Below, one piece after another: positions 33,101 through 44,827 of a DNA stretch of 64,000 nt. The stretch is taken from assembly GCF_000142905.1 (NCBI RefSeq), contig NW_013657651.1, positions 186,001 through 250,000 of the forward strand, written 5' to 3'. This DNA comes from Thecamonas trahens ATCC 50062. Lineage: Eukaryota > Protista > Apusomonadida. The position numbers and the translations under genes were made by a program. The first letter of the stretch is position 1; the number at the start of each line of letters is the position of its first letter. Under the pieces are notes generated by a model. It saw only the letters and a program-made list of their open reading frames with translations, was not told the DNA's origin and made no database searches.

Positions 33101-34072
33101 AAAGAACAGAGTCCGTCCGTCGAGGGGGCAATCGTAGACGCTATGACCTCGCCGTCCACCAAGCGCGGGATTGCGTCTTGGGTTGTGGCGCAGATCTGTG
33201 GGCTGTAGCGCGCTGCACTTGACGTAGTTGCCCTCAACCGCGGTCAAGTTTCGAGCCGAGACACCATCGCCTCCTGGGCCAGCAATGAGCTCCGCAAAGT
33301 GGATGTTGGTGAGAGCGTACGCTGAGCAGTCGGAGACAATGGCGCCATAAACGTTGACTCCAGGCGCACCAGGCTTGGCCTGTGCCGGGACATCGGCAGA
33401 CAGGCTCACTCCGGAGAGCATCCATCGCGTTGTGTTCGTAGCCACCACCGGGGCAAGGATCGGTAGGGAAGTTTCGTTCCACGCAACTGCAAAACTAGAG
33501 CCGGAGATGTGGAGGCGGGTGAGGCGCGAGTCGAAAACCTGCACCCGTGGCCGCCCGCGGTCGCGATTCCCCCACCCGCCCGTCACCAACGTATCGGACG
33601 GCATCAGCATGGGCGCATCTATGCGATATATGCCTACCTCGAGGTAAATGGCAGTGCAGCTGTGTTCGCTTGCGTACGCAACGGCACGCTGCAACGAGGT
33701 CGGAACGCGCTCTGTTGCTGCCGCGTCGTTGGCATGTCGCAGCCGTGGCGCCAGCGGCGTTAGCGGTGATACCCAGACCTCTGTGAACGCGCTACACTTG
33801 CGCAGCTGTTTTTGTAGCTGTGCACTTGAGGCTATGATTGCAGCAGATGTGCCGTAGGTCTCGTGCTGTGACCGCGTGTGGCCATCAAATGTGAGTGTGA
33901 CGTCGGGTGTGACGTTCCGTGCAAACTCGCGCACCCGCACCCCCAGCATCTGCTTGACCGGTAGTACCCACCAGCGATGCCCCACACGACCTGCACTCCA
34001 GCGTACCACAATGCCACACACCACGGCTACAAGGACAAGAGCGATAGCGCTGGTTGCAACATTGCGAGCCAT
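30127..34072 (-). CDS. Large secreted/multi-pass membrane protein: signal peptide, Gly-rich PE-PGRS-like/beta-helix domain, filamin-like Ig repeat, Cys-rich motif, multi-TM region (frameshifts at ~32479 and ~30631)
   Basis: Three abutting minus-strand ORFs join by adding one G in G-runs. Hydrophobic N-terminus; AGEALRFSLQAWSRDG…AGRYPVEVRVDG (filamin-like); CAPGFY…CGKC; several TM segments. Confidence 0.6.
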
Positions 34073-34254
34073 GCTGAAAATCAAGAGTGCTGTGGTCGTC
34101 TCCCGACCGCCAGCCGACTCGAACCAGCTGGCCGGCCCGACTCGTCAAGACGCTCGGCGACGCGTTACTCGAGACCGCTAGCTCGAGTGACAGCGGCAGG
34201 TCAGACGTTTGGAACAAGGCACAGACTCATCTGATATCCAAGCAAGGCAGGACC

Positions 34255-35025
34255 ATGCTGCGGCAAGTGTCTATCATTTGTATGAGGGGAGTGCGGGCAA
34301 GGGTTGCTCAAGCAGGAGCAGGAGGCATGGCCGCACCGGCGGGGTTGGCTGGAGGAGTGGGATGTCTGCCGCGGAGTTGGCTCTCGGCACCTGCGGCCGC
34401 ATCTGAGGCTGGAGGCGAGCAGCCCGTGGCCGAGAAGGATACGGCCGGGAGTGGGGCGCTGGAGACTATATATCGGGGTCCGCTGGGTCGGCCGATCCGC
34501 GCAGTCAAGGTGTTCTCAGTCTCGTCGATGGTCCTGACAGCAGTCGGCTCGCCGGCGCTGGCCGTACTTGCGTCGGAGCACATGCCACTGCAGGCCGGGA
34601 TGGCGATGGCCGGTGGTGCGATGGCGGTCTCTGCCTTTACCACCTCTCTGCTCTACTGGTTCACCAAGCCGTATGTGGTGAATCTGAGCGTGGATCCGGC
34701 ATCGCCGGACGTGGTCCATCTGACCACCCTCTCGCTTCTGGGTCGACCGGCCAAGTCGGTTGTCCACATCGACGAGGTCACCCGCGAGCTTGGCCGCCCG
34801 TTTGCCTCGTTCCAGGTCCCATCCACTGGTGACCACTACTTTGTCCATGCCGGAGTCGGCGATGTCGAGAACTGGGGCCACGTCCTCTCCAAGCTGGCCG
34901 ACATGACCAAGGACGACGTCGATGCCTCGTCCGCCGCCGCCAAGGTCCAGTCGGAGATCGATGCGCTCTCCCGTTCCTCAGAAACGTCCAGCGTCAACTC
35001 GGACACCAAGTCTAGCGCCAAGTAG
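34255..35025 (+). CDS. TMEM70: TMEM70-family mitochondrial ATP synthase assembly protein
   Basis: IYRGPLGRPIRAVKVFSVSS…FTTSLLYWFTKPYVVNL…LTTLSLLG, with a presequence-like N-terminus. Confidence 0.8.
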   Translation: MLRQVSIICMRGVRARVAQAGAGGMAAPAGLAGGVGCLPRSWLSAPAAASEAGGEQPVAEKDTAGSGALETIYRGPLGRPIRAVKVFSVSSMVLTAVGSPALAVLASEHMPLQAGMAMAGGAMAVSAFTTSLLYWFTKPYVVNLSVDPASPDVVHLTTLSLLGRPAKSVVHIDEVTRELGRPFASFQVPSTGDHYFVHAGVGDVENWGHVLSKLADMTKDDVDASSAAAKVQSEIDALSRSSETSSVNSDTKSSAK

Positions 35026-35638
35026 ATGCGCCGACTGAGTCGTTGTTGCCGCTGGCTGCATGTGAGTAGTTCAGCGCACTGCCCTGCTCAGTCCTGTCTC
35101 TCTCAATTGCATCACATCTACCTTTATCGAAGCCCAGGCTCTCACACCGGGTTGCGATCAAGATCGAGGAAGCCATAAGCTGTGGTGTGTGTGGTGTGTG
35201 TGTGTGTGGGGGGGGAGGTGGGACCCCGCCCCCCCTCCCCCGCCCCACCTCCCCCTCCATGAGCAATACAATCCGATTACCCTATCTACCACCTCTACAA
35301 GCAGCTCTACAAGCAGCACATGCACCACGCCTTCATGCCTCTCACGTTGCAAGTCATCAGAGTTGTTGTCTTGCGCCCGTTAGCCATCCCGTACCAGTAG
35401 CCGAGCGATCAACAGCCGCGCGCCAAGCGACCAAAGTCCGGCGGGCCAGGCCCTCGCGCCCAGTGAACAGCGCACCGCGCACAGCGCACAACACGCAACG
35501 CCACACCCAGCGCAGAGTAGGGCAGAGACAAGGGAAAGGCAGTGAGGGCAAGCGGAAAGGTCTCCAAGCCACCTTGGCTCATCCTGTTGCCTCGAACCGC
35601 ACGTGTCTCTCTTGTCTGCCTTCCCTCTTCCTCCTTGC

Positions 35639-38600
35639 ATGGCAAGCCCAGCGCGGTCTCGCCCGCTCGAGCCACTGCTGGCATCGGCGCTGTCGGTGGA
35701 GATGGAGACGCCCTCTCTCTCGGGCTCACGGTCGCAATTCTCGTCTCGGGCATCATCTTGGGCATCCTTGCCGTCGAGGAGGTCAGCATCGTCGTCGTCT
35801 GGCTCGAACTCGTCAAGAACCGGCGGGCCTGCGTCTGGCAGGCCTGTGTCGGGCATGTCAGGATCGGAAAGCTCGCGGGCGTTTCTTCGCGGGACGCCTG
35901 CAGGATCGTCAGTGCCGTCGCTTCGCAGTGTTAGCGAACAGTCGTCCGGATATGGGAGTTTGAGCAGCGATGAAGGCTCTGTGTACTCGTCGTACTACGA
36001 AGAGGCAGCCAAGTTTGCCAGGCCTGGCATGGTCCGGTGGGGCTCGCGAGCTTCGGCAATGAGCGGGCACACTGCGGGTGTGGGTCAGAGCTCGCCTCTG
36101 CGGCCGGCAGGCTTTCCAGCGTCAACTCGATCGGCATGCTCTCGCCATATGGACGAGCACAGACGACGAACAAGGTCATGCTGGAGCGGTGGAATGTCTC
36201 GCATGCCGACGATGAGTGGGAGCTGACGGATGAGCTGGGCCAAGAGTGCTGGTGCCGGCGGTGCAACAATCCCAAGGAGCGTGAGCGGCTGGACCGGTAC
36301 CTGCGGACGTCGACGACGGGCAAGATCATGGAAATGACTCAGATTGTGCTCTCGATTCTTTCGGTGGTGCTCTACATTGCGGCCACGTACTTTGACAGCG
36401 AGCCGACGTGGGTGACTGTCTTTGAGATTCTCCTCGCACTCTTCTTCACTTATGACTATGTGGTGCACTTTTTGGCAGCGCGCAATCGCATCCGGTACGT
36501 CTTGTCGCCGATGCCGATGATCGACGTCATCACGGTGGTTCCGATGTACTTGCGAATGCTGCTGGCCAAAGAGACGGTCAATGTGGGCTTCTTCCGGGTC
36601 TACCGCATTTTCCGTGTCCTCCGTGTCCTCCGGTCGTACCGGCTGGTGATGTTGCGGACCAATTCGATCGAGCGCGAGGTGACAACGCTTGCGTTTGTGG
36701 TTGTGGCGCTGCTGTTTGTCTCTGCGGGTATGTTCCAGATTGTGGAGGCGCTGCACATTGGCGACGACCCGACGCAGGACATTGCGTTCCACGACTCGTT
36801 GTACTTTATGGTAGTCACGTTCTCGACGGTAGGCTTTGGCGACATCTCACCAAAGACGCGGATCGGGCGGATTTTGACCATGATGCTCATTGCGGTGACG
36901 GTCATTCTTGTGCCGCTGCAGACCTCTCGACTGATCAATCTCATCCAAGCTTCTAAGCCGTGGGACCGGTCGGTCAAGAAGCACAAGGTCAAGCACATTG
37001 TGGTGTGCGGGTCGTTCCAGGTCACCAAGCTCCGCGACTTTCTGGACGAGCTCACCCATCAAGACCACGAGTGGGCCAACCTGCACGTGGCATTCTCCAT
37101 CCTGACGAGCCGTCGCCTACCATGTCGTGGCTTCTCATGTCACCAGCGTACAACAACCGGATCGTGTATCTCAAGGGCTCGCCGCTGGTGGATGCGGATC
37201 TACGGCGAGCGGCGCTCGACCACGCATCGCACTGCTACATCCTTGCGGACCAGCAGACCGGCTTTGACGTCCACGAGCAGGACAAGGCCACGATTCTGCG
37301 GTGCATGTCGGTGAAGGCGTACAACCCGGCGATCAAGGCCTTTGCGCAAGTCCTCTCGCCGGTCAACATTCCGCATGTGCTTGCTTCGGGCGTTGAGGAG
37401 GCGGTGTGCCTCTCGGATACCAAGACGCACTTGCTGGCCAAGTCGGTCGTCATCCGCGGCCTGCCTGCGTTGGTGGGCAACCTGGCGCGGTCGACGGCGG
37501 CCGAGGCCGAGGATCACGATGAGCAGTGGCTTCGCGAGTATGTGCACGGCGCCGGCATGGAAATCTACCGTATTCATCTGCCGCAGAGCATGGCGGGGTT
37601 GAGCTTTGCACAAGCTGCGGCGTGCGTGTATGCCAAGCTCGCTGCATGCCTCTTTGCAGTAAGTGTGGCTGCGAGCGACGACAGTGGCGGACAGCGTAGC
37701 GATTTTGGGCGCGAGCGTAAGATTGCGCTTAACCCGGACTACACCATCCGCGGACATGAGGTGGCGTACATTATATCGGAAGACGCGGTGGATGCCAACG
37801 CTGTGCGTTCGTTTGAGGTCGAGGACGCCGACCGGGAGGTCTTGCTCCGCAAGCTGACGCAGCGAAAGAGCCCGTCGCGGGAGCCGCTCGCGCCGCCGAT
37901 CATCGCTCGCACCTCGCCGGTCCGCCCGCCACCCCACGGTACGCCGGGGCTATCGGCGGCAACTGTCGACGTTCGTCTCGACTCGGACGACTACGTCTAC
38001 TCGGATGACGGCGGGCAGCCGCCGGCCATGGCCTCGGTCTCGATGGTCAACGTCATCAGGGCGTCGGACGAGGAGCAGGACGAGGAGCAGGACGGCGTTG
38101 TGGCAGACGCAAGCAACGAGGAAGAGGAGGAGGAGGAGGAGGAGCAGAGCGGGCTCGGGGCGAGCACGACGCTACTGCAGGAGACGAGTAACTCGCTGCC
38201 AGTGGGAACAGACTGCGTATTTGCGGTGGAGACGGTGCCTACGACCGAGCAGGATCTGGTGCTTGTATGCGGGATCTTTTCGCAGATGCAGACGTTCCTG
38301 GCGACGCTTGAGGTGATGTACTCGCCGGGCAAGCAGCGAGCAGTTGTGGTGCTCAATGCGGATCCGCCGCCGCAGGAGGAGTGGCTGATGCTGGTGGCGG
38401 CAACGCGATTCCGGATGTACTACGTGCAGGGCTCGCCGCTGCAGCACTTCGACCTTGTACGAGCCGGGCTGAAGCGGGCGGTGGCGGTGCTTGTGCTCAA
38501 CCAAATGCTAGACCGGGTGCGAAACGAGGCGACAAAGCTTGCGGATCCGTCGCTTGTTGACGCTGACTCCATCCTAGCTCTGTTGACGCTCGAGGCTGCG

Positions 38601-39248
38601 TTGCTTGCGCCCGAGCCGACGAACCGGACGCTGGCGGCGGCACAGTTTTCGCAACGGCGGGAGAATGGGTCTGCTGCATCGATGCTGCTCTCGACAACGA
38701 ATCTGCTGGACCTGGCGCTACCGGACGGGGCGTCAAACTCGCAGTCTGAGTCGTCTGCAGAGCACGTCCATGTCATCACAGAACTCATCCACGAGACGAA
38801 CCTCAAGTTCCTCTCGCCGATCATGTTTGAGGAAAAGTACCGCGACGACATGTACCTGCTGCCAGCATTTGCAGCCGGGCGAGTGTTCACGTCGGCGATG
38901 GTGGACACGGCGTTCTCACAAACCTTTTATAACGACGGCATTCTGGAGATTGTGTGGCTCCTCCTCGGCTCGCTCGTCGATCCGATTCCGGGCTTGCCTT
39001 CGAGCCAGCATGCAGAGCTGCACCAGATTCCTGTCCCGCGGCACCTCATCCGAGCGTGCTACCTCGACCTCTTCCTTCACCTCACCCTCGAGCGCGGCAT
39101 CATTCCACTGGGCCTCTACCGGTACCGGACCGATGACGGGCGCATCCACGGCTTCGTCTTTACCAACCCACCGCCGTCCGCCGAGCTCCTCCCTGACGAT
39201 CTGGTGTTTGTTCTGGCCCGCGACGTGCCGGACTCTGTGCGGTATTGA
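35639..39248 (+). CDS. Slo/BK-family K+ channel (6TM + two RCK domains); frameshifts at ~36040-36110 and ~37091
   Basis: S4 FFRVYRIFRVLRVLRSYR; pore YFMVVTFSTVGFGDISP; RCK1 KHIVVCG, YLKGSPLVDADLRRA; RCK2 ITELIHETNLKFL, FAAGRVF, PLGLYR, VFTNPP. Confidence 0.92.
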
Positions 39249-39598
39249 ATGAACGAATCTGAACATATGCAGAGATGATGCCACGTAGCAGCAGGCGCTT
39301 GCCACATTGCTCTTCTTTCTCATGTCCCGATCACCCTCGACAGTCTGCTTGTTGCCGCATGTCAAAGGGTGTTTTGTCAGGAGTTTTGTGCCAAGGGCAG
39401 CAAACGAGTGATTGGTGAAACGAGTGGCATGATTGGCATTGGGTGGCTTTGGGCGTTCAGGGAGCTGCGACTGGAGTTTGATTGTTCGGTCTGGCGGCGG
39501 GAGACGACGAATGAGGAGCGAGCGAGTGGGTGGCGAGAAGGGTGGGCGGGGGCGGGGGGGAGGGAGAGAGGCTGGGCAAGCACCCCACTCCGTTCGAC

Positions 39599-41797
39599 AT
39601 GGGTACGCAGAAGCAGGATAGAAGAAGAGGAACATACACTGCAGGTAAAGGTGGGAGTATGGCTGGCCTCACCTTGGCTGACCGTCACGTAGCCGCCTTG
39701 GCTACACTCGCTGGCTGGGCGGCGAACGTTGGCAATTTTTGTGTTGGAATCGGTCGGCCTGGTGGAGCGCGGGCCAGGCGAGGGCAGGAGGGGAGGTCTG
39801 GCGAGTGCTGCGGGAAGGCATGGAAGGGCAGAAGCCTGGGAGAGCCCCCGGGGATAGCTTTGTGTGAAGGACGCCCGAGTGTGAGTCCTGTTGCGGAGCA
39901 GAGGGCAAGGTGACGACGGCCGGGTGGCAAGTGCGGGCTACGTTTTTGCGGCTTTTCGTGTTCTTGGCCAACGAGGCGGAGCGAGGGCGAGCAAGGGGGG
40001 GAAGGAGACTCACAGGAGGAGCACGGTGTTGTGTGTGTGTGTGTGTGTACAGCCGCCTCGTCGTCCGACTCGTCGCTGCTGGGCATTGCGATCATGATTG
40101 ACGAGCTGAAGGCGCCTGATACGACGCTGCGTGTGGCAGCGATTAAGCGGCTGTCGATCATTGCCGACGCTCTGGGCGTGGAGCGGACGCGGCTCGAGCT
40201 GCTGCCGTTTCTGACAGAATCGATTGACGACGAGGATGAGGTGCTTCTTGCGCTTGTGCAGGAGCTGGGCAAGTTTGTGGACTACGTGGGCGGGCCTGAG
40301 CACGCGCACACGCTCCTGCCTCCGCTCGAGGTGCTTGCCACTGTGGAGGAGACTGTTGTGCGTGACGCGGCTGTGGCGTCGCTCTGCGACGTGGCGTCTG
40401 TGCTTCCGCTGGACGACATGGTGGCCAAGATGTTCCCGCTGATCAAGCGGCTGGGGACTGGTGACTGGTTCACGTCGCGGACGTCTGCGTGCGGGCTGTT
40501 TGCGGTGGCGTACCCGTCGCTTCCCGGTGAGCACCAGGCGGAGCTGCGTGCGCTGTTCAACCAGCTGTGCCACGACGACACGCCGATGGTGCGGCGGGCG
40601 GCATCGGCGAACCTTGGCAAGTTTGCCAAGACGCAGGACAAGGAGACGGCCAAGGCGGAGATGACGCCGATGTTTGTCTCGCTGGCTCAGGACGAGCAGG
40701 ACTCTGTGCGGCTGCTTGCGGTGGAGAACTGCGTGGCGCTCGGCTCGATGTTTAATGTGGAGGAGAACCAGACGTTCATTCTGCAGACTGTGCGCAACTG
40801 CGCTCAGGACAAGTCGTGGCGTGTCCGTTACATGGTTGCGGAGCAGTTTACGGCGCTGGCGGACGCGCTCGGCCCGGAGATCACGCGGTCTGAGCTCATT
40901 CCGGCGTTTGTGCGGCTCCTGCGTGACACTGAGGCCGAGGTCCGGACAGTGGCTGCGTTCAAGGTCACGCCGTTCTCGGCTCTCATTCCGCTGGACCAGG
41001 TGCTGAAGAAGATTCTGCCGTGCATCAAGGACTTTGTGGTGGACACCTCGCAGCACGTCCGGGCCTCGCTCGCGTCGGGCATCATGGGCATGGCCCCCGT
41101 GTTTGGCCGCAACCACACGATCGAGCACCTGCTCCCCATCTACCTCCAGCTGCTCAAGGACGAGTTCTCGGAGGTCCGCCTCAACATCATCTCCAAGCTC
41201 AATGACGTCAACAACGTCATCGGCATCGACCTCCTTTCGCAGTCGCTCCTGCCGGCAGTCATGGAGCTCGCCGAGGACTCGCAGTGGCGCGTCCGGCTCG
41301 CCATCATCGAGCTCATCCCACTCCTTGCCGAGCAGCTCGGCATCGCCATCTTTGACGAGAAGCTTGGCAACCTGTGCCTTACCTGGCTCGGCGATTCGGT
41401 CTTTTCTATCCGTGAGGCGGCGACCAAGAACCTGCGCGCCCTCATCAACGTCTTTGGCGTCGAGTGGGCCGCGGGCAACATCATTCCCAAGGTCCTCTCC
41501 ATGTACACCCATCCCAACTATCTTTACCGCATGACCACCCTCATGTGCATCGCTGAGCTCTCCGGCGTCGTCGGCGAGGATCTTCTTCTCAACCAGATGC
41601 TCCCGCTCACCCTCCGCCTCGCCGTCGACCCGGTCCCCAACATTCGCTTCAACGTCGCTCGTGCCTTTGAGACCATCATCAAGTCGCTCCCGGCCGAGGT
41701 TGTCCAGGGGGAGGTCAAGCCGTGCCTGGTCAAGCTGACTGAGGACACCGACAAGGACGTCAAGTTCTTTGCCCAGGCTGCGCTTGCCCGCTGCTAA
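39599..41797 (+). CDS. PPP2R1A: PP2A scaffold (A/PR65) subunit; exons 39599-39602 (ATGG) and 40053-41797
   Basis: Highly conserved HEAT sequence (IDELK…[14 protein letters not shown]…[10 protein letters not shown]; [11 protein letters not shown]). ATGG|GTACGC…ACAG gives MAASSSDS. Confidence 0.97.
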
Positions 41798-42201
41798 GTA
41801 TGCGACTTGCCGGTAGGTCTCTGACCCCGCTCACCCACCTCCTGGCCCGTCCCGTCTCATTCGCTTTCCTCCTCTCTTCCTCTGGCTCTTGTTCTCTGCT
41901 GCCCCCCCCCCCCCCCCCCCACTCAAACGCGATATCGCGTGCGTCGTTGTATGTTCTGCGATTTTTCGCTCAACAGGTTGACCACCTATCAGCTCGTTGC
42001 GACTTGCGCGGGTTGACCGGCCGACCGGTCGACTGACTTCATTCTTGGTTCCGTCCACACGAGTATCGTCGACGCCACGACTCCACACGACCCTACCCGC
42101 CCTCCACATCCCCCACCACTACCTCACACTTCAACCTCACCCACTCCACCCCTACTTCCACCCCTACCTCCACCCCCTACTCCCACCCCCCTACCCCACC
42201 A

Positions 42202-43392
42202 ATGTCGGCAGCAGGTGCCGGGCCATCGGGCGCCGCCAGCAGCCGCAAGAGCCGTGGCGGGCGGAAGAAGCGAGCGCGGGGAGAGTCCAAGATTGTGATG
42301 CTCTACCAGCAGACGGTGGCAGAGAAACGGACCGAGCTGATGCTGCAGAGGGAGAATCCGTCGGGCAAGGACGAGGCGACGCACAATGCAGAGATTCGCG
42401 AGCTGCGGCTGGAGCTCGAGGCGGCGCGGCTGCAGCTGGCCAACGCCATTTTGGCCGACAAGGTCAACGAACACCGCGACATGCAGAGCCTCGACCTCAA
42501 GTCGTATGGATATCCTGACGTGCCCGAGTCGATCTCGGCGCTGACTAACCTGACCGAGCTCGACCTCTCGTACAACACCGTCCGCGAGCTCGATCCTGCG
42601 CTGTTCTCGTCACTCCCACGGCTCCAGACCTTCCGCATGGTCCAGAACGAGCTTATTGAGCTCCCGGAGACTATCAAGTTTTGCACTGAGCTTGACGAGC
42701 TCGATCTGCGGTGGAACTTTCTCGGCGATGTGCCCGATGGCCTGTTTCTCTGCAAGCGGCTGACCAAGCTGCTGCTCTCGTACAACCAGCTTGCAGAGCT
42801 CCCGCAGGGAGTGACCGAGCTTAAGGCGCTGCAAGTGCTCAAGCTCGACGTCAACCGGATGATGTCGCTACCGTCGCTCAAGGGCCTCGATTCGCTGCAG
42901 GTGCTGGCCATGTCGCGGTTGGGCAACTATGAGGAGCGCAAGAGCGGCATCAAGCGCGAGCGGACCCACCGCCGCAAGTTCAACATGCTCCCGCCGGGCA
43001 TTGAGGCGTGCACCTCGCTCACAGAGCTGTACGCTGTCAACAACCAGATCAAGGAGCTGCCTGAGGCCGTGTGCGAGAAGCTCACCCGGCTCACCAAGCT
43101 GCATCTCAACGGCAACCGCCTCGCCACCCTCCCGCAGTCTTTCACCAACCTTGTGCGGCTCCGCGAGTGCGATCTCTCGCGCAACAGGCTGACCAAGCAA
43201 GCGTTGCAGGGCTTTAGCAACATCCGCGCCATCATGACCTCGCTCTTCACCCCACCGCATGGTGGTGAGAAGCCGCCGTTCTTCTCCATCGAGGGCAATG
43301 TCGGCATCGACGAGCTGGAGGATCTCAACACCAACAACGATGCCCAGGACGATCTTGACAATGGTGACCTGAGCGACTCGTCCGACGTGTAG
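42202..43392 (+). CDS. Leucine-rich repeat protein (SHOC2/RSU1-type repeats) with N-terminal coiled coil
   Basis: Repeats LTNLTELDLSYN, LDELDLRWNFLGDVPD, LTKLHLNGNRLATLPQSF. Confidence 0.88.
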   Translation: MSAAGAGPSGAASSRKSRGGRKKRARGESKIVMLYQQTVAEKRTELMLQRENPSGKDEATHNAEIRELRLELEAARLQLANAILADKVNEHRDMQSLDLKSYGYPDVPESISALTNLTELDLSYNTVRELDPALFSSLPRLQTFRMVQNELIELPETIKFCTELDELDLRWNFLGDVPDGLFLCKRLTKLLLSYNQLAELPQGVTELKALQVLKLDVNRMMSLPSLKGLDSLQVLAMSRLGNYEERKSGIKRERTHRRKFNMLPPGIEACTSLTELYAVNNQIKELPEAVCEKLTRLTKLHLNGNRLATLPQSFTNLVRLRECDLSRNRLTKQALQGFSNIRAIMTSLFTPPHGGEKPPFFSIEGNVGIDELEDLNTNNDAQDDLDNGDLSDSSDV

Positions 43393-43428
43393 TCGATGTT
43401 GGTAAAACATCCAAGTCGCTGGCTGTGT

Positions 43429-43432
<4 letters not shown>

Positions 43433-43473
<41 letters not shown>
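43433..43473. repeat. (GA)n microsatellite
   Basis: Direct observation. Confidence 0.95.
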
Positions 43474-43476
<3 letters not shown>

Positions 43477-43606
43477 GGCTAGGGTGTGGTGCAGCGGCGG
43501 CGCTGCTGTCACGCCCATTGGTCGGGCAATGGGACTGAGCCGGGGAAGGCACAGGCTTGGGCTCGGAGAGACGGAGACGGCCACCCCACTCCACCCACAT
43601 CACAGG

Positions 43607-44516
43607 ATGCTGCGCGTTGCCACCGTACGTGCTTGTGCGAGTAGTGGGCATGGCAAGGAACTAGCCTGCCTGCCATGTCCGGCCGTGACAGAGGCTGCAA
43701 TGAGGTGCAGCGGGTGTGTATGGTGTGAGTGTGTGCGGTGGCGATGGCCAGAGTGTGTGGCCGAGGCTAATTTTTGGCCGCACCGGGTGGGGACGCGCAA
43801 GGCCACTGGGGAGTGATAGAAAGGGGTAGAGAAGCTCCAAACACGGCATACCATGTCCCTACTTTCCAACCTTGTGTCCAGGCCGTGTCTCCCTCCTCCT
43901 TTGCGTCCCTACCTCCCTCCCCATCTCCCCCCCCTCCCCCCGCCCGCCGTCAGAAGAAGGCCGTGAAACCGGGATGTCGCGCCCGATCGATCAGCCGCTC
44001 ACCCACCCCTACCCCCCCTCTTCCCCCCCCCACCCCTTCCCCCCACGTCCCTCTTCACAGTCGCTGCTCACACCGTCTGCCGCCGCTGTGCGGTCGTTTG
44101 CTGCCACTGCCGGCGCGTCTGCCGCGCTGTCCAAGGCGCAGCGGGCGCAGCTCAAGGACGGCCTCGCCTCGGCGGCGGCGTCCCACCCGGAGCTCCGCGG
44201 CGTGCTCGACGGACTGACGGATGCGCAGATCGATGCTGAGTTTGCCGGCTACTCGGCCATCCGTGAGCAGGCCAAGAAGGAGAAGTGGGACGACCACAAG
44301 CTGACCCAGGAGCTCTACCTCTGGCGCGTCCGCGAGTTCCGCGCCAAGCTCACCAAGGTCCAGAACCAGGAGGTCGCTGTCTCCGCCGATGCCAAGGCCG
44401 CCGCCCTCTCTGCCATGCAGAAGATGTACGGCTCCGAGGCCGAGCTCGGCATTCCGCGCGCAGAGGTCGACGCCGCCGTCAACTACCCGGAGAAGATCAA
44501 GGTTGGCCAGTTCTAA
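43607..44516 (+). CDS. Mitochondrial protein resembling ATP synthase peripheral-stalk subunit F6/h; exons 43607-43624 and 44061-44516
   Basis: Spliced presequence MLRVAT|SLLTPSAAAVRSF. 'LTQELYLWRVREFRAK…MQKMYG…NYP' aligns by eye with F6 'IQKLFVDKIREYKSK…LKQMFG…TFP'. Strong codon bias. Confidence 0.6.
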
Positions 44517-44827
44517 GCTTGTCTGGGCTCTGTCCCCGCTCACGACCACCGCCAAAACCCCAACAAACGCGGCCTAGTCGCAGCAGCAGCACAGCAGAAA
44601 GGTAGAGGGAGGGAGGAAGGGAGGGAGGGAGGTTGGGAGCGGAGGGGAGGGTGATGGGCGCGCCTGGCGAGGCTGCTGTTGGCATCGGCCGGTGCCGGTG
44701 CCACTAGCCGTTGCCAGTTTGAGCATTGGCCGTTTTGGGTTGACAAGACGACGGCGATGGTGAGAGGCACCGACATTCGACGCCAGTCATGCCGGGTAGG
44801 CATTCGCGGCCGCCATCGCCTACGCTA

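Noticed and set aside
40010-41512. Long antisense ORFs (e.g. 500 aa opposite PP2A-A and many similar ones)
   Set aside because: Expected shadow ORFs from strong GC3 codon bias; no independent motifs.
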